A stretch of 64,000 nt of DNA from positions 7,063 through 71,062 of the forward strand of contig JBAYLF010000005.1 of NCBI GenBank assembly GCA_041664205.1, in the 5' to 3' direction. A model generated the notes under the pieces. That model had not been told where the DNA came from, searched no databases, and saw nothing but the letters and a program-made list of their open reading frames with translations. A program made the position numbers and the translations under genes. This stretch comes from Minisyncoccota bacterium. GTDB lineage: Bacteria > Patescibacteriota > Minisyncoccia > Phycocordibacterales > JBAYLF01. This document shows, piece after piece, positions 1-8,540 of the stretch (position 1 is its first letter; each line of letters starts with the position of its first letter).

Positions 1-2177
1 ATTTAAATGCTTTGACAGGACACGGCGTTCATATAGTTACTGTTAATGATTATCTTTCAAGAAGAGATGCAGTATGGATGGGAGAAATTTATTCTTTTCT
101 AGGACTTTCAGTTGGTGTTATAAACCACGATCTATCATTTATTTACGATCCATCGCATGTTGAAAAAGATGAAGAAAGAGACAAAGTCGGATCTTTTAAA
201 GTTGTATATGATTATTTGCGACCATGCACAAGAAAAGAAGCTTATGCTGCTGATATAACTTATGGAACCAACAATCAATTTGGTTTCGATTATCTTTTTG
301 ATAATACTGAATATGAATTTAGATCAGTAAGACAGCGTGAATACAATTTCGCAATCGTTGACGAAATAGATTCTATTTTAATTGATGAAGCTCGAACTCC
401 GCTTATTATCTCAATGCCAACAGTTGAGTCTGAGGATCTTTATGTTAGATTTGCGGGGATTGCAAACAGGATGAAACCAGAAGTTCATTATAAAGTTGAT
501 GAAAAATTCAAATCAATTTCTATAACAGACGAAGGAATAGATTTTGCAGAAAAAGAACTTGGTGTTGAAAATATTTACACAGAAAAGGGAATTAAATATG
601 TTCATCATTTAGAAACTGCTGTTAGAGCGAAAGCACTTTTCAGTAATGATGTTGATTATGTCGTTCGTGAAGATGAAATTATTATCGTAGACACTTTTAC
701 AGGAAGGCTTCAGCCGGGCAGACGCTGGTCAGATGGCTTGCATCAGGCAATAGAAGCAAAAGAAGGTGTAAAAATTCAGAGAGAATCTCGAACATTCGCT
801 TCTATTACATTTCAAAACTATTTCAGACTTTATAAAAAATTAGGAGGTATGACAGGAACCGCGATAACTTCTCAAGAAGAATTTTTGAAAGTTTATGGCT
901 TGGATACTATTGCTGTTCCGACAAATAAAATAAACCAAAGAAAAGACCACAACGATCTTATTTTCCAGACCGAATCTGGCAAATTTTCTGCTGTTGCAAA
1001 AAGAGTTAAAGAACTAAATAAAAATGGTCAGCCTGTTTTAATAGGAACTGTTTCAATTGAAAAGAACGAAATTCTTTCTGAATTTCTAAAGAGCGAAGGA
1101 GTCCAACATCAAATACTTAATGCAAAAAATCATGAACGCGAAGGAGAGATTATTGCTCAAGCCGGCCGTCGTGCGCAAGTGACGGTTGCAACAAACATGG
1201 CTGGACGAGGTATCGACATCAAGCTTGGTGGCGTGCCCTTCGATCAAGAAGAATATGATAAGGTAAAAAATTTAGGAGGATTGGTCGTTATAGGAACAGA
1301 GCGTCACGAGGCACGCAGAATAGATAATCAGCTTCGAGGACGTGCAGGAAGACAAGGCGATCCTGGAGAAACGCAATTTTTCGTTTCGCTAGAAGATTCG
1401 CTTATGAGAATTTTTGCTACCGATACTCTTAAAACAATGATGGGAAGATTTAATATTCCTGAAGATCAGCCGATAGAAAATGGAATAATCACGCGATCAC
1501 TCGAGGCAGCTCAGACAAAGATCGAAGGCTTCCATTTTGATTCTAGAAAACAAGTTCTTGAATATGACGATGTGTTAAACCATCAACGAAAGACTGTTTA
1601 TGACAGACGAAGAAAGATATTGAGTGGAAATCCGGAAGAAATCAAAGTAGTGCTCCAAGAAATGTTTGCGGACGATGACGACACTTTAGATGTTTTAGAC
1701 AAAAGAGTAGAACTTGTCGGCGAAGCGGAATTTTATCCTGCGGTAAAGCGCTTATTGCTTCAAACGATCGATTTGTTCTGGGTAGACCATTTGGAAATGA
1801 TGGATTATTTGCGAGGAAGCGTAAATTTGCGCGCTTACGGGCAGCGTGACCCATTAGTTGAGTATAAGAAAGAAGGTCTTAAACTTTTCCGCGATATGCA
1901 GGTTTCAATTGCAGACCAAGTTGCTAAATTTATTCCAGAACTTGGTGCTGGCGCTTTGATAAGAGAAGAAGAAAAGGCAAAAGAAGCGCATAAGCATATT
2001 GTTGCTGTGGGCGGTTCTGACTCATCCGGAGATTCTGTTGCTTCAAAAATCATACATTCAAAAAACAGCAATCAAAATCAAAACAATCCTTCTACTTCTT
2101 CGGACGAAAAACTCGGCAGAAACGATCCTTGCCCATGTGGAAGCGGAAAGAAATATAAAAAGTGCTGCGGAAAGTAA
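1..2177 (+). CDS. secA: Preprotein translocase subunit SecA (5'-truncated by window edge)
   Basis: VHIVTVNDYL, VDEIDSILIDEARTPLIIS, ATNMAGRG, GTERHEARRIDNQLRGRAGRQGDPG, and C-terminal SEC-C motif GRNDPCPCGSGKKYKKCCGK. Confidence 0.99.
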   Translation, partial: LNALTGHGVHIVTVNDYLSRRDAVWMGEIYSFLGLSVGVINHDLSFIYDPSHVEKDEERDKVGSFKVVYDYLRPCTRKEAYAADITYGTNNQFGFDYLFDNTEYEFRSVRQREYNFAIVDEIDSILIDEARTPLIISMPTVESEDLYVRFAGIANRMKPEVHYKVDEKFKSISITDEGIDFAEKELGVENIYTEKGIKYVHHLETAVRAKALFSNDVDYVVREDEIIIVDTFTGRLQPGRRWSDGLHQAIEAKEGVKIQRESRTFASITFQNYFRLYKKLGGMTGTAITSQEEFLKVYGLDTIAVPTNKINQRKDHNDLIFQTESGKFSAVAKRVKELNKNGQPVLIGTVSIEKNEILSEFLKSEGVQHQILNAKNHEREGEIIAQAGRRAQVTVATNMAGRGIDIKLGGVPFDQEEYDKVKNLGGLVVIGTERHEARRIDNQLRGRAGRQGDPGETQFFVSLEDSLMRIFATDTLKTMMGRFNIPEDQPIENGIITRSLEAAQTKIEGFHFDSRKQVLEYDDVLNHQRKTVYDRRRKILSGNPEEIKVVLQEMFADDDDTLDVLDKRVELVGEAEFYPAVKRLLLQTIDLFWVDHLEMMDYLRGSVNLRAYGQRDPLVEYKKEGLKLFRDMQVSIADQVAKFIPELGAGALIREEEKAKEAHKHIVAVGGSDSSGDSVASKIIHSKNSNQNQNNPSTSSDEKLGRNDPCPCGSGKKYKKCCGK

Positions 2178-2178
2178 C

Positions 2179-2706
2179 ATGAGATACATTACTGATAAAA
2201 ATGAAAAAATTGTTGCTGATAAATATATCGAAGAAGCAAAAATAATGGCCCAAAAAGCAACATGCAGCCGTGCGAAATGCGGAGCTGTAATCGTAAAAGA
2301 CGAGGAAATTATTGGTAGAGGTTTTAACTCTCCTCCATATAACGATGAAAAAGAGCGCAGATGCGAAAACAAAAAGAATGAATATGATATAAAGGTTACC
2401 GATAAAACATGTTGCATGCATGCTGAACAGCGAGCGATTATGGATGCTTTACGTAACCATGCAGATAAATTAGAAGGATCAAAACTTTATTTTTCTCGTT
2501 TTTATTCTAATGGAAAGCAGCGGCTTACTGGAGGAAGGGAAGGAAAAAATCAATTATATTGCACAGTTTGTACAAAAATGATGTTTGATGTCGGTGTCGC
2601 AGAATTTATTCTTCCACATGTAAAAGGTATTGGTGTATATCTTGCAGAAGAATATTTGGTCAGATCATTTGGTTATGGTAAGTATGATGTAGAAAAATTA
2701 AAATAA
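2179..2706 (+). CDS. dCMP/cytidine deaminase family protein
   Basis: ATCSRAKCGAVIV..GRGFN, HAE zinc motif and CTVC; start placed at ATG 2179 just after the secA stop. Confidence 0.88.
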   Translation: MRYITDKNEKIVADKYIEEAKIMAQKATCSRAKCGAVIVKDEEIIGRGFNSPPYNDEKERRCENKKNEYDIKVTDKTCCMHAEQRAIMDALRNHADKLEGSKLYFSRFYSNGKQRLTGGREGKNQLYCTVCTKMMFDVGVAEFILPHVKGIGVYLAEEYLVRSFGYGKYDVEKLK

Positions 2707-2710
2707 GCTT

Positions 2711-3280
2711 ATGAAAATTATTTTAGGATCACAATCAAAAGGAAGAAAGCAGATTTTTGAGGAAATGGGTTATCAGTTTGAAGTAATGTCTTCAAATATA
2801 GATGAAAAGGCAATTAGATTTGAAGATCCAAAGGAACTTACACTTGCTCTCGCTAAAGCAAAAGCAGAAGCTCTCAAACCGCAGATATTAGAATCTGCGA
2901 TTCTTATTACTTCAGATCAAGTAGTTGTGTGGAATAATGAAATTAGAGAAAAACCGCAGGATGAAAAGGAAGCCAGAGAATATTTGGAAGGCTACAATAT
3001 TTATCCCGCAGAAACAGTAACTGCTGTTGTGGTGACAAATCTTGCTACAGGTAAACAAGCAGAAGGAATAGATATTGCAAAAGTGCATTTTAATGAATTT
3101 TTAGAAAAAGATATTGAAGACATTTTGAATGATGGAAGAACATTTGAAATAGCTGGAGGATTTACAGTAGACGGCGAATTATGGGAGTCTCATATAAAAG
3201 AGATCGAAGGAACTAGAGATAGCGTAATAGGATTACCAAAAGAACTTACCGAGCGATTGATGAACGAAGTTTTGGAATAA
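2711..3280 (+). CDS. maf: Maf family nucleoside triphosphate pyrophosphatase
   Basis: IILGSQSKGRKQ, IDEKAIR, AKAKA, ITSDQVV, REKP, SVIGLP. Confidence 0.95.
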   Translation: MKIILGSQSKGRKQIFEEMGYQFEVMSSNIDEKAIRFEDPKELTLALAKAKAEALKPQILESAILITSDQVVVWNNEIREKPQDEKEAREYLEGYNIYPAETVTAVVVTNLATGKQAEGIDIAKVHFNEFLEKDIEDILNDGRTFEIAGGFTVDGELWESHIKEIEGTRDSVIGLPKELTERLMNEVLE

Positions 3281-3302
3281 ATTAAAATCAGAGACAAAAA
3301 AT

Positions 3303-3331
3303 CAAAGCCTAACTCATAGAGTTAGGCTTTG
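3303..3331. terminator. Bidirectional intrinsic terminator
   Basis: CAAAGCCTAACTC-ATA-GAGTTAGGCTTTG between convergent genes. Confidence 0.8.
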
Positions 3332-3345
3332 TGTTGTTTAACAAA

Positions 3346-3519
3346 TTATTTTTCTGCTTTAGGAACATTTTGTAATTCATTAAATTCGCGAACTTGTTCA
3401 AGAAGATCGACTAATGTTGAAACAAGATATTTCTTGCTGACTTCTGTAGAAATTTTTATCCCAGGACGAATGAGTGGGGAAGTGACCTCAACAGTGTATG
3501 TTTCGTTAGTTCTATTCAT
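3346..3519 (-). CDS. Small hypothetical protein (57 aa, below the ORF-track cutoff)
   Basis: Hand-translated: MNRTNETYTVEVTSPLIRPGIKISTEVSKKYLVSTLVDLLEQVREFNELQNVPKAEK; lies between two hairpins and converges on a terminator. Confidence 0.6.
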   Translation of the reverse strand: MNRTNETYTVEVTSPLIRPGIKISTEVSKKYLVSTLVDLLEQVREFNELQNVPKAEK

Positions 3520-3609
3520 AATTTTATCTATTGAAAAGCATACTATTTAAAAATAAAAATTACAATAAAAAATCGCCTTTTTATGTTAAGGCGATTTTCA
3601 TTTTATCTG

Positions 3610-5685
3610 TTATTTGATGAGTAATAATGTTTTAAAAATATCTACTACCGAAGCTCCAAAGTTGTATAAAGTATTCATCGAAACTGGCGAAGTTGGTTCA
3701 GGTGGTGGAGGTGGTGTTTGAACTGGCGGAGCAGATTCCATCGGCATAGGAGGTGGTGGCTGCATCTGGGGTTGAGGTGATTGCATTAAGGTTGGGTTTG
3801 CAGGCATCATTTGGCCTTCACCTCCAGTGGTGCTATTTGATGGTGGTTGCATCATTTCTCCGGAAGATGGCATTGAGCCACCTCCAGTTGTTCCTTGTGG
3901 AGGTTGCTGGTACTGCTGGTAATTTTCTTGTGGTGGTTGCATTTGCGGACAATTTTCACCTTCGCATTTAATCATTGTTGTCGGAGGAACAGGCCCTCCA
4001 GAGCTTCCAGCAGGAGCTCCACAGTTTGTAGGATTTGACTCGCAGTATTTTTGGCACTCTTCAGGACTACTGCATCCACCTGGACCCTTCATTGTTTGCT
4101 GCATTTGATAACCACCGCTAGTACTACCAGATGTTCCTGGCGCCATTTGATTTTGGATATTTTGAGTTCCAAAGTTTTTGCATTCTTCCTGATTTGATTC
4201 ACAATATTTCTGACATTCTTCGGGGCTGCTACATCCGCCTGGGCCTTTCATCATTTGTGGTTGTTGATAGTTGCTGTTATTGCCAGGAGCTCCAGGCATA
4301 ATTTGATTTTGGCCATCACCTTGTGGTCTAAAATTGGCACACTCTTCTTTATTTGATTCGCAATATTTCTGACACTCTTCAGGACTGCTGCATCCACCCA
4401 GACCCTTCATCATTCCTCCATTAAAAGTAGAAGATCCATTACCTCCTTGTCCTGGAGGAGTCATATTTTGAAAGTTTTTCATATTTGATTCAAAACAAGT
4501 TCGTATTTTATCACCGATAGATTGGGTTGCAGGACCTGATCCACTTTTTAATTTATTCATAGCTTCAGTTCCGATTTGTGCTTCCAAACAAGTTAATACT
4601 TCTGGTGGAGCTTGTTTTAACGATTCGTTAAAACGTGCTGTTCCTTCCTCCATTCTTTTTAGATCTTCAGGACTTATTAATCCGTTCTCTTTTCCAAAAT
4701 CAAAGCATGTTTGTTGATTGTCAGGATTATTACAAAAGGCATCACATTCTTGTTTATTTTTGCACCCGCCAGGACCTTTACCTTTTGTTTTTTTGGCCAT
4801 AGTTGCTTCTTCTGGTGTCATAAATCCTGCAGCTTCGGCAAAAGCTGAACATTCGTCAAAATGTTCTTCAGCACCGCAATAAGCATCGCATGCTTCTTTT
4901 CCTTTGCAGTTTGGCATTTTAACTCCTTTTTTAATTGCCGCCAGTACTTTTTGAGAATCAGCTTTTTCTTGATCGCTCATAAAGCCTGCTTCTATGGCGA
5001 AGTTCATACAAACTTCCATATGTGATGAATCATTGCAGTATACATCGCAAGCTTCCTTGCCGTTGCATGGCGGAGGCACAGCACCTTTTTTAACTGCTGC
5101 GACCATTTTTTTAGCATCTTCAAGTTCTTTGCCTTGTATAAAACCTGCAGCTTCGCCAAAAGCGATACATGCTTCCATGTGACTCGAATCATTGCAGTAA
5201 GTATCACACTCTTTTTTGTTATTACATGGCAGAGGTTTTATGCCACTTGTTAGAGCTTTTTGAACTTTTTTTGCTTCTTCCAGTTGGTCTGGAGGCATTA
5301 TGTCATTTTTTTCAGCAAAGGAGACGCATTCATCAATATGGCTCATATCGTTGCAGTATTGCTCACAACTATTTTTATCCTTGCATCCACCTGGCCCCTT
5401 GTTGCCGGCAGCTTTAAATTTTTTTGCTACAGACAGATCTTCTTTGGACATAAGATTATTTTTTTCTGCAAAGTTTAAACATACTTCCATGTGAGCTGAA
5501 TTGTCGCAATATGTTTTGCACGCAGCTTTATCTTTGCAATTTCCCAGTTCTTTGACCGGATATTGAACGCTTTCTATTCCAGTAATTTCGGTGGTAGTTT
5601 GAGCAATAACAATATTTATGAAAAATGCTGATGCTATTGTTAAAAAACCAAGAGTAACTAATTTAGTTAAATTTTTTGTATTCAT
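3610..5685 (-). CDS. Exported cysteine-rich repeat protein with Pro/Gln/Gly/Met-rich stalk
   Basis: Signal-peptide-like N-terminus, nine C-x5-C-x3-C-x6/8-C units, low-complexity C-terminal region with a hydrophobic tail. Confidence 0.85.
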   Translation of the reverse strand: MNTKNLTKLVTLGFLTIASAFFINIVIAQTTTEITGIESVQYPVKELGNCKDKAACKTYCDNSAHMEVCLNFAEKNNLMSKEDLSVAKKFKAAGNKGPGGCKDKNSCEQYCNDMSHIDECVSFAEKNDIMPPDQLEEAKKVQKALTSGIKPLPCNNKKECDTYCNDSSHMEACIAFGEAAGFIQGKELEDAKKMVAAVKKGAVPPPCNGKEACDVYCNDSSHMEVCMNFAIEAGFMSDQEKADSQKVLAAIKKGVKMPNCKGKEACDAYCGAEEHFDECSAFAEAAGFMTPEEATMAKKTKGKGPGGCKNKQECDAFCNNPDNQQTCFDFGKENGLISPEDLKRMEEGTARFNESLKQAPPEVLTCLEAQIGTEAMNKLKSGSGPATQSIGDKIRTCFESNMKNFQNMTPPGQGGNGSSTFNGGMMKGLGGCSSPEECQKYCESNKEECANFRPQGDGQNQIMPGAPGNNSNYQQPQMMKGPGGCSSPEECQKYCESNQEECKNFGTQNIQNQMAPGTSGSTSGGYQMQQTMKGPGGCSSPEECQKYCESNPTNCGAPAGSSGGPVPPTTMIKCEGENCPQMQPPQENYQQYQQPPQGTTGGGSMPSSGEMMQPPSNSTTGGEGQMMPANPTLMQSPQPQMQPPPPMPMESAPPVQTPPPPPEPTSPVSMNTLYNFGASVVDIFKTLLLIK

Positions 5686-5689
5686 ATTT

Positions 5690-5971
5690 TTATTCAAAAG
5701 GATTAGTTTTTACATCTTTAAAAGGATTTGCTTTGTCAACCGGATTAATATCTGGCTTATTTTCAAGAGGGTTTGTTGTGACTGAAGGTAAAACTCCCTT
5801 TGAGGCCGAGTCAGTAATTACCTTAGCGGATTCACTTGCTGCTTTGTCAGCATTTTGTTCAATGTTGGTTTTGATATTATTTTTATTTACCAGATAAAAA
5901 TAAATTACGACCGAAAAAACTATAATTATTACAATAGCCACTGAGGAGATTGTAATCGATTTTTTGTTCAT
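5690..5971 (-). CDS. Small membrane-anchored hypothetical protein
   Basis: N-terminal TM helix; repeated NP motifs (TNPLE, INPVD, ANPF, TNPFE); abuts the Cys-rich gene. Confidence 0.75.
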   Translation of the reverse strand: MNKKSITISSVAIVIIIVFSVVIYFYLVNKNNIKTNIEQNADKAASESAKVITDSASKGVLPSVTTNPLENKPDINPVDKANPFKDVKTNPFE

Positions 5972-6073
5972 GTTAATTGATAATTATTTTATAATCTTGC
6001 TACTTATTATATAATGATTGATGTTTTTATGTTTGGAAAACTGTGAATAAAAATTAAAGTTTTATAAAATAAT

Positions 6074-6499
6074 ATGAATGATCAAATACCAAGAGTGGGC
6101 GTTGGAGTAATGATTTTTAAGGATGGAAAAATTTTACTAACTAAGCGCAAGGGTGCGCATGGCGCTGGCGAATACTCATTTCCAGGAGGTCATTTGGAAT
6201 ATATGGAATCATTTGAAGAATGTGCGAGACGAGAAACGAGGGAAGAGGCGGGTATAGAAATTCAGAATCTAAGATTTTCTTATGTTACAAATTCAAAAAA
6301 ATATACTCCGAAGCATTATATTCACATCGGACTTATTGCAGATTGGAAAAGTGGCGAGCCTAAAATAATGGAGCCTGAAAAGTCTGAAGAGTGGAAGTGG
6401 TATGATTTGGACAATTTACCAGAACCGCTTTTTGAGTTTTCGGAATTTGCTGTTGAGGCTTATAAAAACGGCGAAAATTATATAAAATTATTTGAATAA
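6074..6499 (+). CDS. Nudix hydrolase (MutT/NUDT15-like)
   Basis: PRVGVGV, Nudix box PGGHLEYMESFEECARRETREEAG, EPEKSEEWKW. Confidence 0.95.
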   Translation: MNDQIPRVGVGVMIFKDGKILLTKRKGAHGAGEYSFPGGHLEYMESFEECARRETREEAGIEIQNLRFSYVTNSKKYTPKHYIHIGLIADWKSGEPKIMEPEKSEEWKWYDLDNLPEPLFEFSEFAVEAYKNGENYIKLFE

Positions 6500-6501
6500 A
6501 A

Positions 6502-6534
6502 AACAGGCTAATCTCTAAATGAGATTAGCCTGTT
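6502..6534. terminator. Bidirectional intrinsic terminator
   Basis: AACAGGCTAATCTC-TAAAT-GAGATTAGCCTGTT between convergent genes. Confidence 0.8.
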
Positions 6535-6558
6535 GGGTTGTAATGTGCGTCCAGATCT

Positions 6559-6762
6559 CTAGATCAGAGGACTGGTGCTTGTCACTACTTTTCTGCCACA
6601 TGAACAGCCATAAAGATTATGGTTTGTTCTGATGCCGTTGGTTTTAGTATACTCGGGACCGTATTTTTCGTTCCACTCTTCGTGTTCGAATTCGTGTTGA
6701 TGCATCGGATCTCCGGCTTCAACCACGTTACCTTTCAATATATCAGGTGTTTCTTTTGGCAT
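6559..6762 (-). CDS. Small hypothetical protein, possible zinc-binding (HxHxF...CxCG)
   Basis: ATG at 6762 downstream of a TTGACA-containing promoter-like sequence; HQHEF and CSCG motifs. Confidence 0.6.
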   Translation of the reverse strand: MPKETPDILKGNVVEAGDPMHQHEFEHEEWNEKYGPEYTKTNGIRTNHNLYGCSCGRKVVTSTSPLI

Positions 6763-6885
6763 ATTTTTATTTCTGCTGTTAAATAAATTATAGTATATAT
6801 GTATGTTTGTCAAGTAGCTATGTTGAGTTCATGTGATTTTGATACTTATAAATACAGTTTAAAGATGCTATAATAAATTTTAATT

Positions 6886-7800
6886 ATGTTTTGGAAAAGA
6901 AAAAAGTCTCTTAAAGTTGTTACTCACTGTGGCGGATTTCACGCGGACGATGTGTTTGCAACAGCTACACTATTTATAGTTTTTGGAGAGGATAATATTG
7001 AGGTTATCCGAACACGTGATCCTGAGATCATAAAAAATGCGAACATTGTTTTTGATGTTGGTCATATATACGATGTTGAAAAAAATCGTTTCGATCATCA
7101 TCAAGGAGGAGATGACTTAATGAGAAAAAATGGAATTCCTTATGCATCATTTGGTTTGGTTTGGAAAAATTTTGCTTCCAGAATCATTCCTCATCAAGAA
7201 ATAATAGACGCTATCGATAAAAATCTGGTTCAGCCCGTAGACGCAGGAGACAACGGTGTTGTTATTGCAAAAAGTCTGTTTGACGAAATCACGGAGTATG
7301 AAATTTCAGATGTTATAGAAGCTTTTAATAACACTTGGAAAGAAAAGCACTACGATCTAGATAAAGAATTTTTAAATATGGTTCACTTTGCTAAACAACT
7401 CTTGGAAAGGGAAATCGCTCACGAAAGTTCGAAATTTGAAGCTTATCAAATTGTCCAAAAGATTTATAACGAAACTTCTGATAAAAGAATTATAATTTTA
7501 GATCATTATTATCCTTGGAAAAATTTTATTACAAAATGTCCAGAACCTCTTTTTGTTATCGCTCCTTATTTTGAAAATTATGGTGTTCATGCCGTTCCTG
7601 TGGAAGAAAAAAGTTTTGATACAAGAGTAAAAATGCCTGTAGAATGGGGTGGAAAAGAAAAAGAAGAGTTAGCTTTGGCATCAGGTATTCCTGACGCTAT
7701 TTTTTGTCATAAAGGTAGGCATTTTGCTGTTGTAGAAACTAAAGAAGGCGCATTGGAAATGGCAAAAAAAGCGATACAAGCAATTGACGGAAGTTATTAA
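6886..7800 (+). CDS. MYG1 family (UPF0160) exonuclease, DHH-like
   Basis: THCGGFHADDV, RTRD, DVG..YD....FDHHQ, SFGLVW, VDAGDNG, AIFCH. Confidence 0.93.
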   Translation: MFWKRKKSLKVVTHCGGFHADDVFATATLFIVFGEDNIEVIRTRDPEIIKNANIVFDVGHIYDVEKNRFDHHQGGDDLMRKNGIPYASFGLVWKNFASRIIPHQEIIDAIDKNLVQPVDAGDNGVVIAKSLFDEITEYEISDVIEAFNNTWKEKHYDLDKEFLNMVHFAKQLLEREIAHESSKFEAYQIVQKIYNETSDKRIIILDHYYPWKNFITKCPEPLFVIAPYFENYGVHAVPVEEKSFDTRVKMPVEWGGKEKEELALASGIPDAIFCHKGRHFAVVETKEGALEMAKKAIQAIDGSY

Positions 7801-7827
7801 TTAATATAATCTTTTTTTAGAATATTT

Positions 7828-8286
7828 ATGGAAGAGAAAAAAGTTGTAGTTATAAGCGGAGGTTTTGATCCAATTCATGTTGGTCACATTAGAATGATCC
7901 ATGAAGCGGCTGAGTTAGGAGATGAACTTATCGTTATTGTAAACAATGACAACTGGCTTCGAAAGAAGAAAGGTTTTGCTTTTATCGACGAAGGGGAGCG
8001 AATGGAGATCGTTAAAGCTATAAAAGGTGTTGATAAAGTTGCGCTTTCCGAACATGGTCCAAATCCAACCGACATGAGCGTTTGCGCTGAACTTGAGAAG
8101 ATCAAGCCTGATATTTTCGCTAACGGTGGAGATCGCACAGACAAAAATATTCCAGAGATTCCTGTTTGTGAGAAGATTGGATGTAAAATGGTGTTCGGTG
8201 TAGGGGTCGGAGGTAAAGTTCAAGCGAGTTCTGATCTTCTTAGAAGATACGCTGATTTTTTGAAAAGAAAGGAGAAAGGTGAATAA
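7828..8286 (+). CDS. Cytidylyltransferase-like protein (TagD/RibL family)
   Basis: SGGFDPIHVGH (HxGH motif), ERMEIVKAIKGVDKV, FANGGDR. Confidence 0.9.
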   Translation: MEEKKVVVISGGFDPIHVGHIRMIHEAAELGDELIVIVNNDNWLRKKKGFAFIDEGERMEIVKAIKGVDKVALSEHGPNPTDMSVCAELEKIKPDIFANGGDRTDKNIPEIPVCEKIGCKMVFGVGVGGKVQASSDLLRRYADFLKRKEKGE

Positions 8287-8488
8287 ATATCCTGTTAATG
8301 AGGTTAATAATCCAAATTGCTTTGTTTGTCGAAATGAAGATGGTGAAGTTTCAATTTGGCCTAAATTCAAAGATATAACCTTGCAAGAATTAATGGAAAT
8401 TTTGGAGCAGGAATTTCCGAATGTTCCAAGCACTGATATAAAAATCAAAACTCTTGCTATGTATGTGAAGAAAAGCGAACCGAAATAA
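8279..8488 (+). CDS. Small hypothetical protein with partial MbtH-like motif
   Basis: GTG start after AGGAG, overlapping the upstream stop; RNEDGEVSIWP; terminator overlaps its stop. Confidence 0.6.
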   Translation: MNKYPVNEVNNPNCFVCRNEDGEVSIWPKFKDITLQELMEILEQEFPNVPSTDIKIKTLAMYVKKSEPK

Positions 8489-8500
8489 CGGTTCGCTTTT
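8471..8500 (+). terminator. Intrinsic terminator
   Basis: AAAAGCGAACCG-AAATAA-CGGTTCGCTTTT. Confidence 0.75.
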
Positions 8501-8540
8501 TGTTTTGCAATACTGCTAAAATAAGCTATATTTTAAGCAT

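Noticed and set aside
1999-2178. Long N-terminus of the deaminase overlapping secA
   Set aside because: It overlaps the conserved SecA C-terminus; ATG 2179 gives a complete deaminase
2179-2706. Anti-phage dCTP deaminase
   Set aside because: It lacks the N-terminal P-loop kinase domain of the defensive family
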